NCBI GenBank assembly: GCA_036276135.1
Contig: DATBEL010000096.1
Span: 387-64,386 of the forward strand
DNA: 64,000 nt
Reading direction: 5' to 3'
Source: Candidatus Dormiibacterota bacterium
Lineage (GTDB): Bacteria > Chloroflexota > Dormibacteria > Aeolococcales > Aeolococcaceae
In this document: positions 1 through 8,461 of the stretch, in pieces
Numbering within the stretch: position 1 is the stretch's first letter
Layout of the letters: every line of letters begins with the position of its first letter
Program-made: the position numbers and the translations under genes
Notes under the pieces: generated by a model
The model's input: only the letters and a program-made list of their open reading frames with translations
The model's database searches: none
What the model was told of the DNA's origin: nothing

Positions 1-656
1 CGCAGCTGCAGGGCATACGGCTGGCCCGCAAGGACCTCGGCGGCCGCGGCCAGCCGGCGCGCCGTGGCGATCTCAGCGTCGGCCTGGATCTGCTCGGTCT
101 GGTGGCGGGCAACGACCTCCGCCTGGTCCTGCATCGCCCTCTGCATGGCAGAGGGAAGCTCGATGTCCCGCACGTCGATCTCGGTGATGCGAATCCCCCA
201 CGGCTCGGTGCGGGCATCGAGGAATGTCCCCAGGGCGTCGCGAACCGCCTCAGGCTCGACGAGCAGGGCGCGCAGGGTGGTGTGGCCCACGACCTCACGC
301 AGCGACGCCTGGACGAGCCGCGATGTCGACCGGCGGTAGTCGATGACCCTGGTGACCGCGAGGATCGGGTTGAGCACCTGCAGGTGAACGGACGCACTCA
401 CCTGCACGGGCACTCCCTCGCTGGTGATCACCTCCAGGGCAGGAACCTCGAGGAGTGAGCTGCGCAGGTCCACCCTGATCAGCCTGTCGAGGCCCAACGG
501 CAGGATGAAGCGCAGGCCGGGGTCGAGCAGCGGCCCGCGGCGTCCGAACCGCAGCACCACGCCGCGCTGGAACTCGGCGATGACGCGCAACCCACTCGCC
601 AGAACGACGAGCACGACGACAGCCGCGACGATCGCCGCGATGATGCCCGGGTCCAC
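1..656 (-). CDS. SPFH/band-7 (stomatin/prohibitin-like) membrane scaffold protein; 3' end lies outside the window
   Basis: Absent from the ORF track because it runs off the window edge. My translation from GTG 656 gives VDPGIIAAIVAAVVVLVVLASGLRVIAEFQRGVVLRFGRRGPLLDPGLRFILP...TEPWGIRITEIDVRDIELPSAMQRAMQDQAE...PYALQLR. This is an N-terminal TM helix followed by a typical stomatin-family core. A GGGAGG SD lies 5 nt upstream. Confidence 0.85.
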   Translation of the reverse strand, partial: MDPGIIAAIVAAVVVLVVLASGLRVIAEFQRGVVLRFGRRGPLLDPGLRFILPLGLDRLIRVDLRSSLLEVPALEVITSEGVPVQVSASVHLQVLNPILAVTRVIDYRRSTSRLVQASLREVVGHTTLRALLVEPEAVRDALGTFLDARTEPWGIRITEIDVRDIELPSAMQRAMQDQAEVVARHQTEQIQADAEIATARRLAAAAEVLAGQPYALQL

Positions 657-686
657 GGCCCCCTCCCACCCCCTAAAGGTCGGGCC

Positions 687-766
687 ATTGTACTGTCACG
701 TACGGCCCATTTGCATAGTACGACGCGTTTGAGACGATAGTACAGTCTCAGGGGGCAGCCGTGTAC
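687..766 (-). promoter_or_regulatory. Putative promoter/operator region of the SPFH gene with a GTAC-centred repeat array
   Basis: This is the lowest-GC stretch of the first kb. On the minus strand, TACAAT (687-692) lies 30 nt upstream of GTG 656. Five GTAC cores start at 690, 700, 718, 740 and 763. They include the direct repeat ATAGTAC (715-721 and 737-743, 22-nt spacing) and GTACWGTC (690-697 and 740-747). Confidence 0.35.
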
Positions 767-815
767 CGGCAATCTCGACGACAGCGCACGTGGCGGCGCT
801 GCGGCCGCCGGGCTG

Positions 816-1487
816 TCAGCGCAGGGAGTACGTCGCCGGACGGTCCGCTGAGCGGCTCACGCGGTCCCCCGCACGCTCGAGCAGCCTGCGGACCTCCTGC
901 CCGGTCGGCTGGCTGTCGATCCGCTCGCGGATGGCGGAGATGGCCAGCGGTCGCGTGCTGCCACGGAGCACGTCGAACACCTGGCGTTCGAGGGCGCCAC
1001 CCACTCCAGCCACCGCCGACCGGCGGGCCCCGTTTCGCCCGCGCGCGGAGGCCGCGGGCGTGGCCGGCGGTGCGGACATCTTCGGATCGTCCTCATCTTG
1101 GGCCACGGGCGGTGCGTCAGTGACGGGAGGGGTGACCACGGCCGGCGAGACCGGCGGCGCCGGCATCGAGATCGCGGTGCGACCGGGAGCTTCGCCGCGG
1201 AGCCGGGCCATCAACGCCGGGAGGTCATCGAGAACCTGGCGGACGAATGCCGGGTTGCCGGTGACCTCGATCTCGCGATCGCCGTCTCGCAGCCGCACAC
1301 GGTGATCCGGCGGCGGCAGGTCGCCGCCACGCGTGGGGGTGCGAACGAACGGACGCGGCGCGCCGAACCCGGGACGGTCCGGCGGCGGCGGACGATCGCC
1401 GCGCTCGGGGCCGGGCCCGGCGGGACGGTCGTTGCGGCCCCGGTCGAAGGGCGCGCCGCGAAACGGGCGGCGGTCGTCGGGGCTCAC
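816..1487 (-). CDS. Hypothetical protein: Pro/Arg/Gly-rich N-terminus with a winged-helix-like C-terminus
   Basis: GTG 1487 lies 4 nt after the stop of the upstream gene, and GC3 is high. The sequence contains ...HRVRLRDGDREIEVTGNPAFVRQVLDDLPALMARL... and a C-terminal LERQVFDVLRGSTRPLAISAIRERIDSQPTGQEVRRLLERAG. The 5' part of track ORF 816..1631 overlaps the upstream gene and is rejected. No family recognised. Confidence 0.55.
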   Translation of the reverse strand: MSPDDRRPFRGAPFDRGRNDRPAGPGPERGDRPPPPDRPGFGAPRPFVRTPTRGGDLPPPDHRVRLRDGDREIEVTGNPAFVRQVLDDLPALMARLRGEAPGRTAISMPAPPVSPAVVTPPVTDAPPVAQDEDDPKMSAPPATPAASARGRNGARRSAVAGVGGALERQVFDVLRGSTRPLAISAIRERIDSQPTGQEVRRLLERAGDRVSRSADRPATYSLR

Positions 1488-1491
1488 CAGG

Positions 1492-2142
1492 TCAGCTCGC
1501 GGCGCCTTCGCTCTTGGTCTGCGCGGATCCCGAGGCGACGCCATTGGAGTCGCCGCCGTCCGTGGCGGAGCTCTCCGACGCCGGCTCGGATTCGGTCGAC
1601 GCCGCTGACGGCCCGGACGGCGCCGGGCCATGGGTCGTCGACGACGGCAGGGTGATCGACTCGGGGGCCTCGTCGTCGAAGTCGGGCGGAGCGCCGAAGA
1701 GCCGGTCGGTCAGCTTGCCGCGCAGGGGGGACTTCACCAGGGCGACGATTCCACCGCCGGCAAGGACGACGACCAGAACGCGGCGAAAGCGGCGGCGCTT
1801 CTTGGGACGCACTGCCTGGGCGAGAGCCTCGGAGGCATCAGCCAGGCGCTGGCGCGCGGCGACTGCAGCGTTGCCGGCACGCTCCTCACCACTCTCGGCG
1901 AGGCGGTCGCCGACATCGGCGAGGACCACGGCGGCGCGCTCGGCCGCATGGCTCAGGGTTTCTGCCGACTTCTCGCCGGCTGTGCGGAGCACCGGCGTGG
2001 CCACCCGCTGTGCATTCTGCGCGGCCGCCACGGCGCGCTCGGCGAACACCGACGCCGCATCACCGACGACCTCGGCCGCACGCGATCCGGCACTCGAAAG
2101 GTCGCGTTCGACCACCGCTGACTTCGACCTGCGTCCCAACAT
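1492..2142 (-). CDS. Hypothetical membrane-anchored helical protein
   Basis: ATG 2142 is preceded by GGAGGA (2149-2154). The first ~115 aa are Ala/Glu/Arg-rich and helical. KKRRRFRR and one TM helix (VLVVVLAGGGIVALV) follow, then a Ser/Ala/Glu-rich tail. No family recognised. Confidence 0.6.
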   Translation of the reverse strand: MLGRRSKSAVVERDLSSAGSRAAEVVGDAASVFAERAVAAAQNAQRVATPVLRTAGEKSAETLSHAAERAAVVLADVGDRLAESGEERAGNAAVAARQRLADASEALAQAVRPKKRRRFRRVLVVVLAGGGIVALVKSPLRGKLTDRLFGAPPDFDDEAPESITLPSSTTHGPAPSGPSAASTESEPASESSATDGGDSNGVASGSAQTKSEGAAS

Positions 2143-2240
2143 CGCGCGTCCTCCGATAGCCCCCATCGCTGATTGGTGAACGACGATCATACGTGGGGCG
2201 GCGACTCGGGGCGAAATGCGCCGTGCTGACGGGAAGGACG

Positions 2241-2531
2241 TCAGGCCGCCCTCGCGCCCGCGACCGCGTGCAGGGACAGCCCGGTGTCGAGTGGCGCGTC
2301 GAGGAACCAGCGGATCCGCGATGCGACCACGGGACCGACGACCCGGACCAGTTGCTCCTCGCCCGCCGCGTAGACCGCGGCCAGCGAGGGGAAGGCCCGC
2401 GCCAGGCGCTGAGCCGATGGCGGGTCGATCCCGGCGACGGTCATCAGGTGCTGCCAGCGACGGGTGGTGAGCTCGTCGGGCACCGACGCGTCACCGAGCG
2501 GGAGGAGCAGTTCCATCGGGGTGGTGCTCAT
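2241..2531 (-). CDS. Small helix-hairpin-helix domain protein
   Basis: ATG 2531 has GGAG upstream. Two HhH-like motifs are present (GIDPPSAQRLARAF and EEQLVRVVGPVVASRI). Confidence 0.5.
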   Translation of the reverse strand: MSTTPMELLLPLGDASVPDELTTRRWQHLMTVAGIDPPSAQRLARAFPSLAAVYAAGEEQLVRVVGPVVASRIRWFLDAPLDTGLSLHAVAGARAA

Positions 2532-2620
2532 GGCTCCAATAGTAGCGAACAGATGTTCGTTTCGCAACTCGGGGCGCTCCCATCCCGGGAACGGGGCCGG
2601 GCGCGTGGTAGGCTCGCCGG

Positions 2621-2851
2621 ATGCCTGTCTACGAATACCGCTGCAACGACTGCCGGACCACCTTCGAGGTGCTGCGGCGCATGGGCGACCGAGAGCTCTC
2701 CGCGTTGTGTCCGAGCTGTGAAAGCCGAGCCAGCATGCCGCTGATCAGCCAGGTCGCCGCGACGCATGGAGCCACGGCTGCCTCGGCGACCGCCGGCGCT
2801 CCGGCGACAGCATCGGGTGGGTGCTGCGGAGGAGGCTGCGGCTGCGGCTGA
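2621..2851 (+). CDS. FmdB-family zinc-ribbon protein
   Basis: MPVYEYRCNDC...LCPSC is the CxxC...CxxC signature of the FmdB regulatory zinc-ribbon family. The protein ends in a Gly/Cys tail, GGCCGGGCGCG. Confidence 0.85.
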   Translation: MPVYEYRCNDCRTTFEVLRRMGDRELSALCPSCESRASMPLISQVAATHGATAASATAGAPATASGGCCGGGCGCG

Positions 2852-2855
2852 GGCT

Positions 2856-3383
2856 TCAGCGAGACACGCTGGACCTGCCCAACTGGCAGCCCAGCTTGCG
2901 GTAATGGCGGCCGAAATACACCAGCGGCTCGCCATCGGTCGCCGCGGCCGCGACGACGCGACCGACGATGATCGCGTGGTCGCCGTGCTCGGAGATGGAC
3001 TCGACCTCGCAGTCGAACCATGCCAGCGCGCCGACGATCAGCGGCGCACCGGTGAGAGCCGTGGTGGTCGCCGCCTCGTCGACCATCGTCCGCGGACGGC
3101 GTCCGTCCGTCGAGGCGCGCCTGCCGATCGCCTCCTGTGACTCGGACAGCACGCTGAGCCCGACGCGGCCACTGTCGCGCACCAGCGCGAGGAGCTGGCC
3201 GGCGCGGTCAAGGGCGAGCAGTACCATGGGTGGATCGATCGACAGCGACGCGAACGCAGTGGCGGTGATGGCGTGGTGGAGACCGTCGTGCGCAGCAGCG
3301 GCCACGGTGACGCCGCTGGCGAACCGCGATGCGGCGTCGCGGAAAACCGTGGTGTCCACGGCGGGCCGCGGCGCCGACGTCAC
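2856..3383 (-). CDS. Flavin reductase-like FMN-binding protein
   Basis: GTG 3383 overlaps the rnhB stop (GTGA). Motifs FASGVTVAAA...HAITATAFASLSIDPPMVLLALDR...GDHAIIVGRVV fit HpaC/RutF-type flavin reductase domains. Confidence 0.7.
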   Translation of the reverse strand: MTSAPRPAVDTTVFRDAASRFASGVTVAAAAHDGLHHAITATAFASLSIDPPMVLLALDRAGQLLALVRDSGRVGLSVLSESQEAIGRRASTDGRRPRTMVDEAATTTALTGAPLIVGALAWFDCEVESISEHGDHAIIVGRVVAAAATDGEPLVYFGRHYRKLGCQLGRSSVSR

Positions 3384-4021
3384 GCTTCTATGAGGTCGAA
3401 CGAGAGGTCGAGCTGCAGCAGCCCGTCGATGAACACGTTGCGGTGCTCGGGGTGCGGGCCGTGGCTGATGATGGCGTTGCGGTGCTCGCGTGCGCCGTAG
3501 CCCTTGTTGCTTGCCCAGTTGTACTGCGGAGCGTGGTCGTGCATGGCGGTCATGATGGCGTCGCGATGCACCTTGGCGATGATCGACGCAGCCGATATCG
3601 CAGGCACCAGGTTGTCGCCCTTGACCAGGCAGTGGACGGTGCGAGTCGCGTCGATGCGCAGCCGTCCGTCGCAGCAATAGCCGTCCGCGTCGACGAGGTC
3701 GACGAGCCGGCGGAAGATCTCCACGTTGGCCCAGCCGAGGCCGCGCCGATTGATGTCGGCCGCCGATATCTCCGCGACCACCCAGGCCAGTGCACGCCGG
3801 CGGATGACGGCGCCGACGCTCTCGCGCTGGCGGGCGGTCAGCAGCTTGCTGTCACGCAGCAGCGGATGGCGGAACCGCGCCGGCAGCACCACCGCAGCGG
3901 CAACCAGCGGGCCCGCGTAGGAGCCGCGCCCCACCTCGTCCATCCCGCAGAGGCGGAAGCTCCGCAGATCGTCGACCCCGAAGGTGTCGCGCAGGTAGGT
4001 GGTGAGACGGAACCGGGGCAT
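3380..4021 (-). CDS. rnhB: Ribonuclease HII
   Basis: CGMDEVGRGSYAGPLVAAAVV, DSKLL and SIIAKVHRD are the RNase HII catalytic motifs. Length is 213 aa. Confidence 0.9.
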   Translation of the reverse strand: MPRFRLTTYLRDTFGVDDLRSFRLCGMDEVGRGSYAGPLVAAAVVLPARFRHPLLRDSKLLTARQRESVGAVIRRRALAWVVAEISAADINRRGLGWANVEIFRRLVDLVDADGYCCDGRLRIDATRTVHCLVKGDNLVPAISAASIIAKVHRDAIMTAMHDHAPQYNWASNKGYGAREHRNAIISHGPHPEHRNVFIDGLLQLDLSFDLIEA

Positions 4022-4061
4022 CGCGCGGGCTCAGTCTAGCCCTCTGCTAGGGTGACCGCCG

Positions 4062-4979
4062 ATGGCTGAGGTCACCTGGACTGACGTGGCGCCGCGCGAC
4101 GGTCTCCAGACCATCGCCGCGGCGGTCCCCACCGAGGTCAAGGTGCGCCTCATCGAAGGACTGCTGGCGGCAGGCGTCCCCCGGGTCGAGGCGACGTCGT
4201 TCGTGTCGCCGAGGTGGGTGCCCCAGCTGGCCGACGCCGCTGCCCTGCTCCGCGCGCTCGGACCGCAGCCGCTGGCGCGGCTGCGCGTGCTCATCCCCAA
4301 CCGTCGCGGCCTCGAGCTCGCCCTGGAGCATGACGTGCGCAACGTCCTGTACACGATCGGCGCCACCGACACGTTCAACCGGCGCAACGTCAACCGCAGC
4401 GTCGCCGAATCGCTCGACGACCTCGACGCCGTGGTCGCCGACGCACGTTCGGCGGGCTGCGCCGTCGACGTGGCGGTGTCGGTCGCCTTCGGCTGTCCCT
4501 ACGAGGGCTTCGTCGACCCGCAGCGCGTCGTGGACCTGTGTGCGGAGCTGGTCCGCCGCGGTGCATCGGAGGTCGGCGTCGCCGACACCATCGGTGTTGC
4601 CCACCCGGCCGCCGTTCGTGAGCTGTGCTCGCGAGCCGGCGCAGTCGTGCCGGAGCAGCGCCTGTCGCTGCACGTGCACGACACGCGCGGACTCGGCGTC
4701 GCCAACGTGCTGGTGGCGTACCAAGCCGGGGTGACCCGGTTTGACGGCAGCGCCGGGGGTCTCGGGGGCTGCCCGTTCGCGCCACGCTCGACAGGCAACG
4801 TGTGCAGCGAGGACGCGCTGCAGGCGGTGGCGAGTGTCGGCGGCGTGCACGGTTGCGACCTCGTCGCCTATTGCGCGGTGAGCAGCACGCTGGCCGCCGA
4901 TCTCGGCATGGAGCTGCCTGGCAAGCTGTACCGCGCCGGCGTGTGGACCGCGACGGCGGTCGCGGAGCCGGTGGTGTGA
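4062..4979 (+). CDS. Hydroxymethylglutaryl-CoA lyase
   Basis: TDVAPRDGLQ, HVHDTRGLGVANVL and GGLGGCPFAP form the HMGL-like DRE-TIM signature. Confidence 0.85.
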   Translation: MAEVTWTDVAPRDGLQTIAAAVPTEVKVRLIEGLLAAGVPRVEATSFVSPRWVPQLADAAALLRALGPQPLARLRVLIPNRRGLELALEHDVRNVLYTIGATDTFNRRNVNRSVAESLDDLDAVVADARSAGCAVDVAVSVAFGCPYEGFVDPQRVVDLCAELVRRGASEVGVADTIGVAHPAAVRELCSRAGAVVPEQRLSLHVHDTRGLGVANVLVAYQAGVTRFDGSAGGLGGCPFAPRSTGNVCSEDALQAVASVGGVHGCDLVAYCAVSSTLAADLGMELPGKLYRAGVWTATAVAEPVV

Positions 4980-6532
4980 CCGACCTCGCGGCTTCGCCGG
5001 CGCACGACTCCTCCGACCTCGAGAAGCGTCTGCGCCGGGCGCGCAGCGGCGGCTCGGAGAAGGCGCGCGCCAAGCTCGCCGAGCACAACAAGCTGATGCC
5101 GCGCGAGCGCATCGCGCGGTTGTTCGACGAGCGAGCGGCCTTCGTCGAAGACGGCGTGCTGGCCAACAATCTCGCAGCCGACCTGCCCGCCGACGGCGTC
5201 ATCACCGGCATCGGAACGCTGCACGGACACGCCTGCGCGGTGATGGCCAACGACCCGTCGGTCAAGGCGGGATCCTGGGGCGCGCGCACCGTGGAGAAGA
5301 TCGTCCGCATCCTCGAGACGGCAGAGCGGCTGCAGATCCCCATGGTGTACCTGGTGGATTCGGCCGGGGCGCGCATCACCGACCAGGTGGCGATGTTCCC
5401 CGGACGCCGCCACGCCGGGCGCATCTTTCGCATGCAGGTACGTCTCTCCGGCCAGGTGCCGCAGCTCTGCGTGCTGTTCGGCCCGTCCGCCGCGGGTGGG
5501 GCCTACATCCCCGCCTTCTGCGACGCCGTCTTCATGGTCGAGGGCAACGCGTCCATGTACCTCGGCTCACCCCGCATGGCCGAGGTCGTGGTGGGGGAGA
5601 AGGTGTCACTGGAGGAGATGGGCGGGGCCCGGATGCACTGCACGGTCAGCGGCTGCGGCGACCTCCTCGCCGGCAGCGAGCCGGAGGCGATCGAGGCGGC
5701 GCGCCGTTACCTGTCGTACATGCCCCAATCGTGGCGCCAGCACGTCGCGGATGTTCCCGGCCTGGCGGTCGCCGCGGGGGTGCCCTCGATCGAGGAGACG
5801 ATCCCGCTCGAGCCGGGCCGCGGCTACGACGTGCAGACGGTCATCGACGGTCTCGTCGACGCGGATTCATTCTTCGAGATCAAGCGTCTCTTCGCCAGGG
5901 AGCTGGTGACCGGCTTGGCGCGCATCGATGGGCGCGCCGTGGGCATCGTCGCCTCACAGCCGCGTTTCAAAGGCGGGGTGCTGTTCGTCGACTCAGCGGA
6001 CAAGGCGACGCGTTTCATCACCTGCTGCGATGCCTTCAACATTCCGCTGCTCTTCCTCGCCGATGTCCCGGGCTTCATGATCGGCACCGCCGTGGAGCGC
6101 CAGGGCATCATCAGGCACGGCGCCAAGATGATCGCCGCGCTCTCGCAGGCTCAGGTCCCCAAGATCTGCGTGATCATGCGCAAGGCCTACGGCGCGGGCC
6201 TGTACGCGATGGCGGGGCCGGCGTTCGACCCGGACTGCACGCTGGCGCTCCCCTCCGCGCAGATCGCGGTGATGGGGCCAGAGGCGGCTGTCAACGCCGT
6301 GTATTACAACCGCATCCAGGAGCTACCCGAGGACGAGCGCGCCGGCTTCATCAAGAAGCTCCAGGACGAGTACCGTGCGGACATCGACATCTACCGGCTC
6401 GCGGATGAGCTGATCGTCGACGCGGTGATGGCGCCGGCCGACCTGCGCGCCGAGCTGGTGCTGCGCTTCGCGGCCTACGCCGGCCGCGTCAGGGACGACG
6501 CGCCGCGCCATCACGGGAGCTTCCCCACCTAG
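4976..6532 (+). CDS. Acyl-CoA carboxylase carboxyltransferase (beta) subunit, methylcrotonyl/propionyl-CoA type
   Basis: GTG 4976 overlaps the HMGL stop (GTGA). Motifs are LMPRERIARLFD, GVITGIGTLHGHACAVMANDPSVKAGSWG and PKICVIMRKAYGAGLYAM. The longer track ORF starting at 4802 is read-through in the wrong context. Confidence 0.85.
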   Translation: MTDLAASPAHDSSDLEKRLRRARSGGSEKARAKLAEHNKLMPRERIARLFDERAAFVEDGVLANNLAADLPADGVITGIGTLHGHACAVMANDPSVKAGSWGARTVEKIVRILETAERLQIPMVYLVDSAGARITDQVAMFPGRRHAGRIFRMQVRLSGQVPQLCVLFGPSAAGGAYIPAFCDAVFMVEGNASMYLGSPRMAEVVVGEKVSLEEMGGARMHCTVSGCGDLLAGSEPEAIEAARRYLSYMPQSWRQHVADVPGLAVAAGVPSIEETIPLEPGRGYDVQTVIDGLVDADSFFEIKRLFARELVTGLARIDGRAVGIVASQPRFKGGVLFVDSADKATRFITCCDAFNIPLLFLADVPGFMIGTAVERQGIIRHGAKMIAALSQAQVPKICVIMRKAYGAGLYAMAGPAFDPDCTLALPSAQIAVMGPEAAVNAVYYNRIQELPEDERAGFIKKLQDEYRADIDIYRLADELIVDAVMAPADLRAELVLRFAAYAGRVRDDAPRHHGSFPT

Positions 6533-6549
6533 CCGGGTACCCTTGGCGC

Positions 6550-7407
6550 ATGTGGCAGAACATCAAGACCGCTCTCCTCCTGGCTCTTCTCGACGCACTG
6601 TTCCTGGTCATCGGCGGCCTGGTGGCTCACCGCACCGGCCTGATCGTCGCCGCGGTCATCGCCCTGGCGATGAACGGCATCTCGTACTGGAAGAGCGACA
6701 CCATCGCCGTCCGCGCCGCCCACGGCGTGGAGGTCTCCCCCGAGCAGGCTCCAGAGCTGCACCAGATCGTCGCCGAGCTGGCCGCCGCCGCCGGCATTCC
6801 CAAGCCGCGGGTGTACATCAGCGACGACCCCTCGCCCAACGCCTTCGCCACCGGCCGGAACCCGGCGCACGCGGCTGTCTGCTGCACGACCGGGATCCTC
6901 AACCTCTGCAGCGCCCGCGAGATTCGCGGTGTGCTGTCCCACGAGCTCAGCCACGTGCGCAACCGCGACATCCTCGTGGCCTCGACCGCGGCCACCGTCG
7001 CCCTGGGCATCTCCATCATCGCCCAGATCGCCCAGTTCTCGCTCTTCTTCATGGGCGGTGACGAGGAGGAGAGTGGCGCGCAGATCCTGGTCACGCTGCT
7101 CGTCGCGCTCCTGGCCGCGCCTGCCGCGGCGATCATCCAGCTCGCCATCAGCCGCGCCAGGGAGTACGAGGCCGACCACGACGGCGCCCTGCTGTCCGAC
7201 GATCCCCTCGCGCTCGCCGATGCGCTCGGCAAGCTCGAGGCACGGACGGCGGTGGTGCCGATGCAGGTGGCCCCGGCGCTGGCACCCCTGTACATCGTCA
7301 ACCCGTTCGGCAACCGGCGGGCCTCCCTTGCCGCGCTGTTCTCGACCCACCCTCCCATCGAGGAGCGGATCGCCCGGCTCCAGCGGATGGCCCGCGTCCA
7401 GCCCTGA
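6550..7407 (+). CDS. htpX: Zinc metalloprotease HtpX (M48 family)
   Basis: HELSHVRNRD (HExxH), four TM segments, AREYEAD and STHPPIEERI. Confidence 0.9.
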   Translation: MWQNIKTALLLALLDALFLVIGGLVAHRTGLIVAAVIALAMNGISYWKSDTIAVRAAHGVEVSPEQAPELHQIVAELAAAAGIPKPRVYISDDPSPNAFATGRNPAHAAVCCTTGILNLCSAREIRGVLSHELSHVRNRDILVASTAATVALGISIIAQIAQFSLFFMGGDEEESGAQILVTLLVALLAAPAAAIIQLAISRAREYEADHDGALLSDDPLALADALGKLEARTAVVPMQVAPALAPLYIVNPFGNRRASLAALFSTHPPIEERIARLQRMARVQP

Positions 7408-7456
7408 GCCCACTGTGTCCACCCGGCCGGCGCGACGCCGCCCGCGCTGACGCGGT

Positions 7457-8098
7457 TCAGGCGCTCGGCGACACCAGGGTGGCGCGCCAGATGATGCGCA
7501 ACGAGTCCACCCAGAAGGGGGTGCACGTGACCAGCGTCAGGTCGTGGCCGCTGGTCGGCACCAGCTGGGTGACCCTGCTCGGATCCAGCGTCCACTTGCC
7601 GGTCACCCTGTACGTATACGTGTGACAGGTGCGGTCCTGCACCGAGACGGTGTCGCCGACGTTGAGCTGGTCGATGTGCTCGTAGTCCGGCTCGCGGTGG
7701 AAGGCGATGATGGAGTTGCCCGGCTGGCCGGGGCCGGGCGTCCCGGCGTAGTGCACCATCGAGCGGTTGTTCAGCGAGTCCCAGGTACCGTCGGTGGCGA
7801 CGCCGCCGTAATGCTCGGCGGCGGGAGCGCTGAACGTGACCAGCGCGTAGTCCGCGGGCGAGCCGGATCCGCACGTGGCCGTCTTGGCGGCGGCGGTGGG
7901 GCTGGTGGGCGCGCCGGCCAGCGCGTTCGAACCGCCCTTCTGCCACGTGCTCAGAGCGGTCTGGTCGACGCTGCCCCTCTGCCAGACGCCGAGGAGGGGA
8001 GCCACGATGAGACCCGCCCCGACCAGGATGGCCACCAGGCCGAGGGACACCAGCGCCATCCGCAGCGAGACACGTCCAGACGCGCGGGTGTGAGCCAT
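7457..8098 (-). CDS. Sortase-family transpeptidase
   Basis: N-terminal TM anchor (LVSLGLVAILVGAGLIVAPLL). The catalytic residues are IIAFHRE (His), LTLVTCTP (the TLxTC Cys) and RIIWRA (Arg). Confidence 0.8.
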   Translation of the reverse strand: MAHTRASGRVSLRMALVSLGLVAILVGAGLIVAPLLGVWQRGSVDQTALSTWQKGGSNALAGAPTSPTAAAKTATCGSGSPADYALVTFSAPAAEHYGGVATDGTWDSLNNRSMVHYAGTPGPGQPGNSIIAFHREPDYEHIDQLNVGDTVSVQDRTCHTYTYRVTGKWTLDPSRVTQLVPTSGHDLTLVTCTPFWVDSLRIIWRATLVSPSA

Positions 8099-8179
8099 CA
8101 GCAGAAGAATACGCCGGATGACGCGATCGGCCGCGGCCGTGATCGTGAAGTCACCGCTCCCGCGCGACCTCGTCGACGG

Positions 8180-8461
8180 TCAGCGACGGCGGGGATTGCG
8201 CGGGCGCTTGCGTCCGTAGGCGACGCCCTCGGCGACGGCGTCGAACGCCGCCACCGGGGCATTGCTGGCCAGCTGGATGCCGTCGCCCTGGACGAACACC
8301 TTCCGGGTGCCGACGTCGATCAGGTAGGAGACGGTCCTGCTGCCGTTGGCATCGGGCATGACCGATACGTCGGAGACGGTCCCCGTACGGCGGCTGCCGC
8401 CGTACGGGAACGTCACCCGACTACCGATCGCGATGGCGCCGTCGGGCGCGGCCTCCGTCAA
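8180..8461 (-). CDS. Small hypothetical protein with a beta-rich core and an Arg/Lys-rich tail
   Basis: TTG 8461 overlaps the stop of the upstream zinc-ribbon gene (TTGA). An in-frame GTG start further downstream (the V of GSRVTFPYGG) is possible. GC3 is high. The sequence is GSRVTFPYGGSRRTGTVSDVSVMPDANGSRTVSYLIDVGTRKVFVQGDGIQL...GRKRPRNPRRR. No family recognised with certainty. Confidence 0.5.
   Translation of the reverse strand: MTEAAPDGAIAIGSRVTFPYGGSRRTGTVSDVSVMPDANGSRTVSYLIDVGTRKVFVQGDGIQLASNAPVAAFDAVAEGVAYGRKRPRNPRRR

Noticed and set aside
6627-7946. 439-aa ORF antisense to htpX and the sortase gene
   Set aside because: It has the Arg/Ala/Gly/Pro-rich composition typical of shadow frames in high-GC DNA. 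The opposite strand carries clear HExxH and TLxTC motifs.
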